Positions 1 to 12,632 of a DNA stretch of 64,000 bases are shown here, in pieces. The DNA comes from Pseudovirgaria hyperparasitica (taxonomy: Eukaryota): the NCBI GenBank assembly GCA_010093815.1, contig ML996577.1; one strand, 5' to 3'. Positions within the stretch are counted from its first letter, which is position 1. Each line of letters opens with the position of its first letter. A model generated the notes under the pieces. It searched no databases, was not told where the DNA came from, and saw only the letters and a program-made list of their open reading frames with translations. The translations under genes and the position numbers were made by a program.

Positions 1-996
1 CCATCAATCATTCCCAACCATAACAACAACAGTACCACCAAGAAGAAATACCGCATCTTTTGGCTAACGTAAAAACACAGACCCAGGCCAGTGTGGTTGA
101 GAATATCTCCACCCCAACAACCTCGCTCAACAACTTCTCTTGTCTCTCTCGTAACTTACTTCTTCCTCTCGCTCGACGTCAAAAAGTTTTTTCGTCCTCG
201 GTTTTTAGCGGCAGCGCGCCATTTTTTGAGCCATTTTATCCATATCCAACATCACCTCCACTACCACCACCACCGCCACCACCCGTCCAGACCTGATAGT
301 CTGAGAACGATACGACATTACGGCCACATCCATACATGTGTAAATACCACTACTACTGATACCTTCGCTAGACTGCAGACCTCAAGGTCTTCCCGGGGCT
401 CAATCGGCCCCGTGTTTCCTATTTTCCATTTTCATATTTTCATATTTCACATGTTTATGTCGCCTTAAATGAGCGCTTGGATGTTTTATAGGCGTATATT
501 GGGGGTTCGTTCAGGTGGGAAATTCAAGGGGAGATTTTTGCCTACGGCTGTTTGGCGCGCGCTAGGCTGGGATCAGGCTGGGACTGGGATACATATATCT
601 GCGTGGAAATGGACAGGTAGTCTTGGGTCGGAATGCGGTTGTTTTTTTGGTTTTGTTGTTTGTTGTTGGGTAGTTGTAGGATGAGTCCAATCGAAATCGA
701 AGATCAGATCAAATGACGCCGAGTTGAACACACTTGGTCTGGTTTGGCTTGGGTGTGTGACTGATGTATGCACTGAGTTTTGTGGATGTGGAGTACTAAT
801 GTGCCAACTCGCCTTCCGGTGTGTCGTCCTTCCATCAGTAAGTCAATCAGTCACTCAGACACCTAACTCTGCTCGAAGTTGATTCCTGAGGTATAGATTC
901 TCCATCAGGCATGAATATATCTAGATCGAAGTATAGAGGAGGGTATAATACAGGCAGTCACACTATTAATTAATTACACAACCCCCCTAAATCTAC

Positions 997-3761
997 TTAA
1001 TACTCCGTCACCAAAACCTTCTTCAACGCCGCACTCTCCCTCTCGTACCGCTCAATCTTCCCCTGACACGCCGCCACCTTCTCCAACAACCACTGCACGC
1101 GCGAGCCCAACTGCTGCGGCAACTGCTGCTGTCTCGCGACGTCGCTCAAGAGCCGCAGCTCAGCCTCGTACTTGTCGATATTAGCGCTTTCGATCTTGGT
1201 CTGCTGGGTCAGCGTGGCGAGATCGAGTTTGCTGCGCAGTACGGTGTCGGCGGTCAGGCGCTGGAATGCAGAGTGGTAGATGGGCTTGCCGGGCATGATG
1301 CTGTGCGGGCGACCGTTTGCGCTGAGGATGGTGATGAGCTCGGCCTGTTCGAGGGCTTGGAGGGCGGATTCGCCGCCGGCGGGACTCTTGTTGTAGGTGT
1401 CTGCGAGGAGGACTTCGTTGTAGCGGAGCGTGGCGTGGCGGGCAAGTTGGCTGACGAGCAGCCAGGCCTGCTCGGGGCTCCAGGCGCGGGCGGCGTTGTC
1501 GTCGACGCCGATGAGGTACATTTTGAGGATCTCGCTGGCGCTCTGCTCGATCATTTCCTGGACGGCTTTCTTGGGTGTTTCGCCGGCTTTGATGCGGCGG
1601 CCGAGAAACTCGAGGTCGGTGAGGCGGCCGCCGAGATAGGAGATGCATTCGTCGAGTTCGGCGAGGTCTTTGCGGCGTTGGGCTGGGGTGAGGGGCTTTT
1701 CGGCGTCTTCGTCTTCGTCTGCGGCGGCTGCGGCGGAGTCGGACGTGGGTTTCTGGCTTGAGGCTTGGTCGGCGTTGATGTGGGAGATGACGTAGCGTTT
1801 GGCGACTTCGGGACTGCAGTCGCTGAGGGAGATTTGGCGGAAGACACGGTCAGGAAGGGCTTTGCTGAGGGATTTAGAAAAAGAGACGTCGTTTGTGAGG
1901 AAGATAACATGGGCAATATTGGAGGTGGAGAGTTGTGCAGCCCTGTGAGTTACGTGAGAATGTTGGGGGACTGAGGTCATGGAGAGGACTTACCATTCTG
2001 CGATCTTGTCGTAGACGACATTGTTCTCCTGGCTCTTGTGCAGGAAATTGTCAATGACAACAACAGGTCGTTTTTCAGGGTGAGCTTCCAGCCATTCGTC
2101 GTCGCCAAGCGCCTTATCACTGTCATCGCGATGGCGATTGTCAAGGGCGATTTGACGGAGAGCTGAAGCAGTATTGTTCCAAATCTTGGCAAGCTGATTG
2201 TCCAGTGTTTCAGAGAAACCGGTCTTGACTCCAGCTGCACCTTGGGCTGCGAGATCAATCATGCCGCTGATGCTGTTCATCCAAGAGAAGACGGGTCGGT
2301 AGCCAACTTCGGCCGCTGCGGCCCTAATGGTGGCACTATCACCATGTGCTTCTTGGATGGGCTTGCAATCGATGATGAGCTTGTTCTTTTTATGTTGGAG
2401 CGCTTGATCGATAATGAGCTCCCTTTTCCCAGAGCCACGTGGGCCCTGCACAATGATGAATGTATCGGCAGACTCCATGAGCCAGGTCTTGAGTTGGTCT
2501 ATGTTTGTCTTGCGATCGTCCCATATGGCTTCCATACCATCATTTTCGGCTTTATGGTGGAATGATATGAGGTCGTTAGCCTGTGTCTTGAACCACTTGA
2601 ACAGCTTATTGTCCTCGATATGGAAAGCACGAGTGATGTGGACTTTAATTGAGAAAGTCCGAAGACTGACTACGTTAGTTAATGCTTAGGGAACGGAGGT
2701 CTCACTTACGGGTCAAACACTACAATAGATATACCAGTGAGTAAAGCAACGGCGGCCGGTATCACAATTCTTGGGTGGTTCAAGAGCCAGTCCCGGATCC
2801 AATGAGCTTTGATACGTTTCTGGTATGATAAACGTAGTATGGTCCCAAGCTTCCCCCCTCCTTGTGCTTCATCAACGACATAACCATGCATGCAGTTTCG
2901 TGCCATGATCGCATGTCTGCGAGAAGTGAAATCGACCAGTGCAAATCGAGGAGCAACTTTGGAGTCTGATTCCTGAGATACAATGTCAAGAAGCTTGCCA
3001 TATGGCCGAAAGAACGAATACAAGTCTTCTTGTGTGAGCTCTGCCGCTGCCTCTCCCGGTGAAGTAGGAAGAAATTCTACTCTAAGTCTGGTCGTTGGCA
3101 GACGATACAGATCTTCTACCCACGGTTTCCCCCGGACTAAGCTAGCTTGAATACGTGCAAATGGGTTCCACCAGGGCTTCGTCTGGTTCTCGCGTAGGTA
3201 CTTCTCCAGAGTTTCCTCGATTTCCTGGCGGCTCTGGCTGGGATCATGCGTGAACTTGACAAAGGCACCACCTTCCTTTAATCGCGGAAGAACCTCTGTG
3301 ACTGTCAATGGCGAGGAGTTCTTATAGGCCTTGTTGACGACCTTGACAGGGTCGGCAGCGGCAATTGCCAGATTCTGAAGCTTGCCCATGTTGTTAGTCA
3401 TGACCCTCTCCCCTGAAAAAGGTACTTTGAGAAGCCATTGCAATCGCAGCGGATATACGTCTTAGATCCACGTCAGTTACGTTCCGTCTACGTCCATAGT
3501 ATGCTTACTCTCAAAAAAGAAGATTCCCTCGCTAGGAGATTGGCTGATATGTCCACTCTCATTCTCTCCGGCTTCAAGTGTCGCGTCCCCACTAGCAGCG
3601 CGCAGCTTCTGTTGCCATAGCTGGGACCTGTTGCTGTCAAGATGTGAATATGAAATAGGGTAAATGTATCCATACCTCGTACCAGCAAGACCTGGCGTAG
3701 ATCGCAAACAAGTTCCTGCGCGCCTAGGCAGATGCCTCCAAGGCTTGACATGGGCGTACAT
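997..3761 (-). CDS. YME2: Mitochondrial escape protein 2 (Yme2/RNA12 family), multi-exon
   Basis: ORF fragments 3477-3761, 2706-3443, 1990-2535 and 997-1980 join through short GT-AG introns. Contains the RRM region (LYSFFRPYGKL), a TM segment (IVIPAAVALLTGISIVVFDP), P-loop QGPRGSGK, RPVVVIDNFLH and GGRLTDLEFLGRRIKAGE. Confidence 0.9.
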
Positions 3762-4088
3762 GTTGCGGAAGTTGAGATGTCAACAATTTATAACTATCAT
3801 CCCGGTAGCGTAGCCCTCATGCACTCATCATGGTCGTCTAGCAAAAGACCTTTGCCTTTTGTCACCTCTGAAGATGTTGGTTGTGAATTGGAGCTTTCAA
3901 GATTCCCGATCGCAGCCACGGGCCAATGACGCAACGGCTACTCAGCGCGCAACACGGGTGCACGTGCCCCCAAATCTCAAGGATGCATCGCATCGGCCAC
4001 CGTTTCCACTTACGAATGCTGCTCCGCAATAACTTTTGGTAAAGTAAACACCCACACATGATCATGACTCCTTTGCAACGATAGCACC

Positions 4089-4742
4089 ATGGCCTCAAGG
4101 CAAGTGATGTGGTATCCGAGCAGTGTATCTGTCTGCTAACAAAGCATGTAGATTCAATTCCAATCTCCACGAACGCTCGTCCAGATCCTCCTTATTCGGC
4201 GCATACGATGAGCGTGCAGGCTCGCAGTCACCAGGCGGGAAACATGTGTCGAACGGTGGCTATGGATATGGACTTCCGGCAAATAGCAGTGCGCCTGCTG
4301 GAGGAGCATTCTCGGCATATCCCGGGGCAAATGGAGGCTTAGCCGCAGGGCAGCAACAGTTCAGATCAGCGACGCCGAATTCAAGAGGGCAGTACAGTTC
4401 TGCAGTACTGGACGAGCTAGAAAGTCAAAATAATGATCAGATGGAGGGCATGGGAGCACGGGTAAAGATGCTGAAAGACGTGAGTCTGCCCCAGGTGTCT
4501 CTAGGATTGCCTACACAAACTGACTATGCATCTAGCTGACGATGGCCATCGGAGACGAGATTCGAGACTCGAGTGCACTTGCTGAGAAGATGAATGAGTC
4601 TTTCGAAGGAACGAGACAACGATTAAGAGGCACCATGAACAGGATGCTGCGCATGGCAGATAAGACTGGTGTTGGCTGGAGGGTATGGCTAATGTTCTTC
4701 GCAGCTGTGTCTTTGTTATTCTGGTACGTGTGGTTATTCTGA
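4089..4742 (+). CDS. BET1: Bet1/Sft1-type ER-Golgi Qc-SNARE, 3 exons (introns 4100-4151 and 4480-4535)
   Basis: Spliced product MASRFNSNLHERSSRSSLFGAYD...LESQNNDQMEGMGARVKMLKD|LTMAIGDEIRDS...; SNARE coiled coil and C-terminal TM anchor (WLMFFAAVSLLFWYVWLF). Confidence 0.85.
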
Positions 4743-4891
4743 TAGAGGTTCACAACACTTTGAAACTGCATTCTACAGGTCAGTATGGAAGGTTAAGAGC
4801 ACAATATTGCTGTACATATAACAGTGCAGATTGAGGCGGGCGTTGCATTTAGCTTAGCGCTGTATCGCGCTTACTGGGTATCATAATATTT

Positions 4892-5837
4892 TCAGGCTTG
4901 TCTTGACTGCTGTCTCGCTTGTTGTTGTTGTGCCCTGCTGAACAGATTGCCTGCGCCACCGCGACCTGCAACTGGACTGCTACCAAGAAACGAGCTACCT
5001 CCGAAAAGCGAACTCTCGCCTTGACTCCTGAAGCTCCTGTTGAAATTTACATTTGGGTTGCCAATGACTCTGCTGCTCCCTTCATCCATAGGCGCAAGCT
5101 CGCTCGAATCCTCTGCCTCCGTGTCCGTGTGTTGATAACTTCCGGCCTCTGGTATATCGTCGTCCAGATCGTGGCCACCGTGCATCATCGAGGCGCCTTC
5201 CTCCATCTCCAATATCTGCTCCACATCGGCTTGAACCATGCTACCCTCTATGAAGCTTTCCTCGTTGAAAGTCATTTCTCCCTCACCATCATCACTATCA
5301 CTGTCTGCTTCTGGTATGTCGTCGTCGAGATCAGGTTCCTCGTCCGCCTCGGGCACATCCTCATCTAGATCCCGGTCAACCTCATTGGCTTCTTCCGCCG
5401 CTATCTCGGCCTCTGCGCGCTGCGCTTCTGCCTCAGCGGCATTGGCAAGCTCCAGCATTGCTTGCTCTCTACGGGCGAGCAGCTCTTGCTCCTCGCGCTC
5501 GGCTAACTCATCCATGGACGCCTGGTAGGTCTTCGCTATGCCTGGCGGCCGTATCCAGCTGGCGCCAAAGCGCCTGACATTCTGCTTACGTTGTTCGATG
5601 AGGTTTTCGTCGGCAGCTAGCAGGGACAACATGGAGCGAGGGTTCGCTTGCGCTCGGCGCGAATGCTGAGGCGGGGCATGCGCTTGTGGGTTATCTGTAT
5701 GCTCTAAGGTCTGGATAGGGCGGTGCGATGGGTTCGTGTGCCAGATGTTGAGGTCCTGTAGGCTTGTTTAGTGCCGGTTGGTTATGTACAAGGTACATAC
5801 CGACTTCGTGGGGTGTAATGAGAGGAAGAGAGAGCAT
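4892..5837 (-). CDS. Apc15p-domain protein (anaphase-promoting complex subunit 15-like), 2 exons
   Basis: Starts MLSLPLITPH, then an intron, then LAADENLIEQRKQNVRRFGASWIRPPGIAKT followed by a long acidic tail. This matches the fungal Apc15 pattern as I recall it. Confidence 0.7.
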
Positions 5838-6444
5838 AATTCTCAGTATGTGACTTTTTAATGCTATATTGGGGTGCCTGACGTCGCTAGTATACGCGTG
5901 TGAAGGTGTCAAAGTGGATCTGAATGCATGTCGAAGCTAGCAAGCGCCAGCCTTGTTTTGTTTAGAATATCCATCCATGGAAGCCCCACTTTTCGCCGAC
6001 TAACGTATAAAGTCTACACCCACCTCAACGCGTCTACTTTTACACCGTTTCACACATCATATCACCTTTTCACAGCGCCAGGTGCAGTACGCGCTGATTT
6101 GCAGAGTCATTTCTCTTCGACTGAGCATGCGGTCATAAGCCTCACTTCTTCTTCAACAATTGGAAAATTTGTTTACTTTGTATCGTTGAAGATCTTCCAG
6201 AATGTACAATATTAACAACACCCAGAACATTGACAATATAGAAGTACAACGTCCAAGTAGTGGCGGATATTACAGTGATAGTTGGAGAGTTGGATAGCCC
6301 CGATCTCTTATATCCATCTCAAGCCCTGCTTCACCCTGTAAGCTCGCCCACGAAGCTCAGCGAAGTCTCTGTAAACACACCGGCGAGTCGGAACCGTCAG
6401 TTTCGTACTCAAAGTAGCTACGGCTACCTAATGGATGCTTCAGT

Positions 6445-6873
6445 ATGAATCCTAGCGCTGTGTTCAAAATCGTTCTGGCTCTGGTCACGCTTGTGGCCTG
6501 TACTAAAGTCTCAGCCGACCGAGATGACTTTGAGTTTGTCCTAGATTTTACGAAGATGTCGGGCACTATCGAGCTATTCCTAGGTAGCGTGACTGAGAGC
6601 CACGCTCCAGATCATCTTCATGAGTCAAACTGGACTTCGGATTCAAGCACAATCATCAGTACCTCATTCAGCGGATCTCTTGACTATGGAACCATTGCTA
6701 GCCAGGAGACACACAGCAGAATAATGCTGAGACGGCACATCGGAATTCTCTTCGAGTTGGTATGGGTTGGCATGGTATTAAATGATATGGAGTTGGCACT
6801 ATTGGTATTGTGGACGCAATACATCCATCACCAGACAGTACAAGAAAGGGCGCCACAAGAGCAGCGAGTCTAG
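6445..6873 (+). CDS. Hypothetical small protein with signal-peptide-like N-terminus (possibly a degraded gene)
   Basis: 142-aa ORF starting MNPSAVFKIVLALVTLVACTKVSA. The same frame reopens at 6892-7194 after two TAG stops. No recognised domain. Confidence 0.25.
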   Translation: MNPSAVFKIVLALVTLVACTKVSADRDDFEFVLDFTKMSGTIELFLGSVTESHAPDHLHESNWTSDSSTIISTSFSGSLDYGTIASQETHSRIMLRRHIGILFELVWVGMVLNDMELALLVLWTQYIHHQTVQERAPQEQRV

Positions 6874-7726
6874 ACAGGTACTTACTAGATCTTGGACTCA
6901 CAATCAACGCTTGTTGGCTATATTTTGTATTACGTTGTAACCCAAGAGCCTGCGTTTGAACTTGGATCCCATGAATATGGTACCATCCTTTGTGTCAACT
7001 GGCTGAACTTCCAGTGCCACAGGCCACCACTCTGGTGGGCAGCACTTGCACTTCCCGTACGCCGCCCTTTGCATACATATCGATCCGTACAGTCTTGTGG
7101 CCGCACCTCACTGTTTCAGCGACTGCGCTCTTCTGAGATCCTTGGTTTTGATCTGGAAGACATCAGGGCAAATCATCGTGGGTTTACTACTTAGTTACTA
7201 ATAGGCGGCTTGAGACTACACAAATTTGGTGCCGCCACCGAAGCGCTGGTAGTTCTCTCATGTTTTTGACCGATGTGTAGCGACGTGGTTGTTGAGTCCA
7301 CCAAGTTCTCATGCGATAGACAATCATGATACTTGTTTGTATACCTGCCTTAGGCATCTAAAGCCATCTGGCACCTGCCAAGTGAAAGAGGTGCCCAAAA
7401 TAGTTTCCGGTGCCTCCCCGCTCTACACCCGTACCACAAAAAAGGGACCTGTGTATATCCCTACCAAACCGCCCACGCGACCCGCTTTCCGGACTGTAAT
7501 ACAGCTTATAAAAGGGGCGTGAGTATTGGAGTTGATAATGGTCGTGCTGGAAATTCTAGGTCTGTTGAGCCTGAGTCTGCTGAGGTGCGTTGCAACTTCG
7601 TGACTCCTAAATTTCCTCACGTATATCAATTTCATTTCCATTACGAACATTCATACGAAGTCTCAATTGCGAAGAGAGTACCCTCTCATCACTCATCCCA
7701 GCCCAGAGAAACCAGACGTTCCTGCT

Positions 7727-8785
7727 ATGCCTGCGTGGACGCGTCTGATACGCTTCGTTGACGAAGACGACATCGAACGCTACGGCGAGCCCATTGTTAA
7801 CTCCGGCGATGAAGTCATCCCGCTGTACGAAGCCGGTAGGCTTGAAGCTACGGTTTTGAGTGGAACTACATTCAGCGAAAGTGGTCTCACACCGGAGAAA
7901 GGCGTCACGAAGTTTGTCAAAGAACTGCTTAGTCCACTCACGCCGAAGGATGTACCAATTGTTAGATGCGTCGGTTTGAATTATATGAAGCACAGTACAG
8001 TGTTGCCCGTGGACATTTGATGGTAAGCTTGAACTGACGGTTGCAATAGTCAAGGAGGGTGGTCGAACGGCGCCTCCATATCCTTCAATTTTCATAAAAG
8101 GATCACCGTCTATTGCGCAGTGGAACGAGACTATCCCAATACCGCCAGTGGCGCACACTGATAGCACAGATTATGAAGGTGAACTTGTAAGTTTTGCTGC
8201 AAGCACAGATATCCTCGATCCCATCTTCTAACCCTTCAGTGTTTTGTTGTTGGTCGCACGGCAAAAGATATTCCTAGAGAAGACGCACTGTCATATATCG
8301 CCGGCTATCTCGTGGGGAACGACATTTCAAACCGTGCATGGCAACGCGATCCTGCCTACGCCGGCAGCGTACCCCAATGGGGTTTCAGCAAAGGCTTTGA
8401 TAAGTACGCGCCGCTCGGACCGGTAATCGTGTCACCCTCGATTCTCAAGTCTGCGGATGACCTGCGATTGCAGACCTTTGTGAACGGTGAGCTACGGCAA
8501 GACACAGGGACGGACGATATGTTATTCGACGTGACGACTATCCTCAGCTTCATCAGTCAAGGTACGACAATCGAAGCTGGGACTGTGGTAATGACGGGAA
8601 CTCCTTCGGGCGTTGGATTTGGTTTCAAGCCTGAGCCGAAATACCTGACCCATGAGGACGAGGTAGAAGTGAGGATCACTGGTCTTGGAAGTGTGAGGAA
8701 CAAGATACGGTTTGAAGGTGCAACTATGGCGGGAGAGACGAGGCCGACGAAGGTAGATACTACACCATTAGCCGAGAGTGAGTGA
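7727..8785 (+). CDS. Fumarylacetoacetate hydrolase (FAHD) family protein, 3 exons
   Basis: MPAWTRLIRF..., IVRCVGLNYMKH, PPYPSIFIK, DYEGEL, GNDISNRAWQ, SKGFDKYAPLGP, VMTGTPSGVG; introns at about 7995-8049 and 8187-8239. Confidence 0.9.
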
Positions 8786-8972
8786 ACTATACAATAATAA
8801 TGTGAAGTATACGGGTTTTTCTTTGTCTGAAGTACACCCGAATGTAGTTGATGAACGCTTTAGCCCCCCTTAATGATGTTAACGCCAAAGATGATCCGTA
8901 ATCATTCAATGCATCATTGCCAGTCGCGATACCTTTGAATATGCCGGTATTACTTGAGCCGGTGTATTTAAA

Positions 8973-10332
8973 CTATCTTTTGACACCTTTTCCTCGGTTC
9001 AATTTCAGCGTGAAGGGGTTGCGACTTTGTTTCACATCTGAACCGACGACATTAGACCTAGGTGCAATGGTATAGCTCATATGCTCTGTCTCTACCCTGG
9101 CACGGTTCGAGCGAGCAGGTGCGGCGAGAGCTCTAGCTCTAGCTGCAGCAGCAATCGCGGCTTGAGAGTTTGATTGTGAGTTCCGAATAGGTAGGCGCGT
9201 TGGGTCATAATCTGCCTGAGCAACATCCTTCTTGCGATAATCATCGTTGCGTCTCAAGATAGGTCTTGTCCAATCGGCTACAAGCTTCTCCGCGTGTCTT
9301 TTAATACCAGGTTCGGCACGCTTGGTCTTAGTGTAGAAGTAGACCACTTTACCGATTCCAGAAGCAGTCAAAGCATCCTTTGTGATTGGAAGCTTGCCAA
9401 GAGCATCAAAGAGCTCGCGTTGAATGTTATACGCAGGGAGACTGCCGTCGTGTAGGGGTTCTAGGAAGAAGCAAACAGCTTGGAGCAAATTGAGGTCCGG
9501 GTCAACGAGAGAGTTCTGCAAAGTATTTTTGTTAAGGAGAGACACCACCTCCGGAAGTAGCTTCAACTTCCGCATTGCAGGTCTACCATGTTTGCGGTCC
9601 TCTGCATCATTGGCGGCAGCATCGGTCATTCTCTTGCGCATATCTTCGATCTCGGCATCTGCCATAGCTTCAAGGTCGATGCCGTCCTTCTTCCTGCGTA
9701 CCTTCGGTTTCCTCTGCGCTTCGTCCATGGCTCTGTCCAAAGCTCTCCGGCGTCCTGCATAAGAACTTAGTCACTATTGAAGGCATTTAGTAAAGGCTAT
9801 ACGTACGCTCCTCTGGCGTGAGATTTGTATCATCCTCCACTGGTGTAGCAGCCCGAACCCTGTCCTTTTTCCTGGACCTCTTCCCTTCAAGCTCCTCACC
9901 GCCACTGAAGTGGTCCTCATCTCTTTTCTTCCTATTCTTGGGCTTCTCTCGCCTGCCCTCCTTCTTCTTCTTTTGTACTCCACCTTCGCCATCTTCACCT
10001 CTCTTCCTTTTACTGACCTTGATCTGACCAAGAAGGTCGTCATCAAGAGCCACCGGTTGATCCTCGATAGCAATGTCTGCAGGGTTGAAGTCTTCAAACT
10101 GTGCCTCGTCTACATCAGAAAGAACGGACTCGTTGTCAGAATCTTCGCCATCCTTGTCGACTTCATTCTCTCCAGTAAGTTCAACGTCTTCTTGCGGGAA
10201 AACCTCAGGTGCATCGGGGTTGTTCTCCTCCTCTACGTCAGGCCCCAGAGGGTCGCCAGGGTCCGCATTGCCTTCTGGCATGACAGGAGTTTGGACTGTC
10301 GCGTCGTCGGGAGGTGTCTGGATGTCATCCAT
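8973..10332 (-). CDS. IWS1: Transcription elongation factor Iws1/Spn1, 2 exons
   Basis: Acidic N-terminus then the TFIIS-N-like core (PAMRKLKLLPEV, FLEPLHDGSLPAYNIQRELF, SGIGKVVYFY, WTRPIL). One intron at about 9756-9805. Confidence 0.9.
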
Positions 10333-10605
10333 GTTTGCTATGTTCCGGGGTATTTTCAGTACTGGAATCAAGATAGTCGATAGAAAGTTGGAACAAGCGC
10401 TCGGGTTGGTGAGAGCTTGATGTTCTATCGCGAGGAGAGTTGCTTAGGACTACTGGCTGTTTGAAACCTTAGAAGGAACGCGCTGGACATGCACTATTGC
10501 CGCGGTTTAACCGATCAACTGCTAGACCCTGGTTGCCAGCACCAGAAGATTTCTTGCTGTCACTGTATATTCAAACTCATCATAACAACAACGTCAATAC
10601 TAAAG

Positions 10606-10856
10606 ATGTTCGGAGGACGTGAGTTATATGACAGGCTCTTCTCTGTTGATCTCTAATATCTTGTAGCACCACCAGCACCAAGCCAGGCGGAGCTCAAAGC
10701 TCAAGAAGAAGCCGCCTCGAATGAACTCAAGTTCGCCCTGAGTACGTGCTTCGCTCTCTACCTCTGTAAGTTACACTGTTGCGCTCTTGTCTTTCAGTAC
10801 TAATCATGCTTGTGAAAGCCCCGTTCGTCATCGACTACGTCCGAAAATTAGTATAG
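10606..10856 (+). CDS. TOM5: Mitochondrial outer membrane translocase subunit Tom5; exons 10606-10618, 10667-10765, 10819-10856
   Basis: Hand-spliced at GT-AG sites: MFGGPPPAPSQAELKAQEEAASNELKFALSTCFALYLSPFVIDYVRKLV* (49 aa), with the MFGG start and LYLSPF TM motif typical of fungal Tom5. Absent from the ORF track. Confidence 0.9.
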
Positions 10857-11055
10857 ATGCCACACGCGAACGCTTCTTACGTCGAGCATCGATGAATCGC
10901 AGTCCAAGGTCCTTCCATGTATCATAGACTTCATGACCTCACTTGTACTATATAGGATGCTTCGAGACACTGGAAGCATTTCAGGTTCATAATTCCCGCA
11001 ATTGTACACTGCAGCTATTTATACATAATAGAGCGCAATCTTAGGGCGATAGTGG

Positions 11056-12047
11056 CTACCTGCCATTCAGACTGTTTTGTGACTTGCCCTGCCAATCCTC
11101 AAACTCTAACTTCAAAGATCCAACCTCCTTCTCCAGATGATCCAGTTGTGACTTATAGTCTTTCAATATCTACTGATGTTAGTCAGATTCGGTTGGGGAA
11201 AACGAATTTGGACCGACCTTCTCGACTTGCTTCATCTTATCAGGGTCCACACCATTATCCCCATCTGAGACCTGGTTTCCCAACTTCTCCGACTCTGACT
11301 GGAGCCACTGGGCTTGTTGCCTGAGGGTTGAAAGTCTTGCCCAGATCTCTTCTTGACGACCGCTGGCTACCGGATCAAAGGCCTTCTTCTCTAGCTCAAT
11401 CAATTTCTTCCTCAGCTCTTCCTCACTACTCTCCATAGCGTATCCTCGATTGCGAAGAACCTGCACCTTGGTCGCAAGGGCCAGTGCACGCTGACTCAAT
11501 GCTATGTGCCTCCTCTTCGCTTCGGCGATCTTGACCGTCCATTCTAGCTCATGCTTCTGCATCATCATATTCAAGCTATTGTTGATCTCATGGAGACGTA
11601 CTTGGAGGGCTTGAACAGTCGATGACTGCAGAGAGAGACGCGTGCCCACTTCCTTAAAGCCCTTCGCGAGTACGGGTATTGAACCTTCGCTTGGCTTCTT
11701 CGAAAGCGCCTCCTCCCATTTTCGCTCATCTTCACCAGGACCTGGTGTATAGAAGGGCACTACACGCGGATCTACGTTATTGTAAAAATAGTATTGAAAT
11801 AGGCAATTTGGCGATTCTGGGTGCCATTTCTCCAAGATTGTGGACAGCTGTTCTGGTACAGACTTCTCTCCTGAAACACTCATTAGCACGACTCTTTCAT
11901 ATCATTGTAGACTACTCTTACTTGGGCCTTGCTGCGGTGGCTCCCAAATGGCACTTTGTCCTAGTTTTGGTAATTGCGATGTCGAGTTTCCAAGCTGTGA
12001 TCCGCCAAATTGTGACGCATACAAGCTTGCTTGTTGCTGTGGGGTAG

Positions 12048-12131
<84 letters not shown>

Positions 12132-12300
12132 GCGATTGCCCAAGACCGCCGAACAAGCTGGGACGAGGCTGCTGCTGGTTTTGTTGCTGTGAAGCTCCTA
12201 ATGATCCAAAGAGACCAGTGGATTGCTGTGCAGGCTGCTGCTGAGTAGAAGCCCCAAAGCCGCCGAAAGGGTTCGGCTTCGCCGCAGACGCTCCGAACAT
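11056..12300 (-). CDS. NUP57: Nucleoporin Nup54/Nup57/Nup44, 3 exons
   Basis: FG motifs (PFGGFG, GLFGS, SLFGG) and polyQ, then KWHPESPNCLFQYYFYN, WEEALSKKP, LATKVQVLRNRGYAM coiled coil; last exon ILKDYKSQLDHLEKE...GR*. Confidence 0.85.
12049..12132. repeat. (CAG/CAA)n trinucleotide repeat encoding 28 Gln in the nucleoporin
   Basis: Read directly: 84 bp of ctg/ttg triplets on the + strand. Confidence 0.95.
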
Positions 12301-12632
12301 TGTATAGCTGAATTATGAGGTCGAACGCGAAGGACTTCGATGTATACTTGGCGATTTTCAGGTCCAGTAACAACGAGGCAAATAGCGTCCAGAGAAGAAC
12401 CCTTCTGTGCGCATCAGCGTGGTGTCATTATGTGGTGTCGATGCGTCGCGTGCAGATGAATCTGAAATGATTGTTTGTTCTAGCTGGCGATGTTCCTGAT
12501 CTGCGCGAGCTTGCAGCGCACCAATCACAAGCAAGGAGATGGATCCTGCGTCTTGTTCAAGCTCCATGTCCAACCTCACCTCTCGAGACTGCCATCGGTC
12601 TCCCAGGACGTAAATGCCCAACGACTACCACA

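Noticed and set aside
1..800. Possible last exon and 3' UTR of a gene entering from the left (GCTAAC...ACAG acceptor at about 80)
   Set aside because: Plausible, but no frame gives an identifiable product and the short ORFs here are low-complexity.
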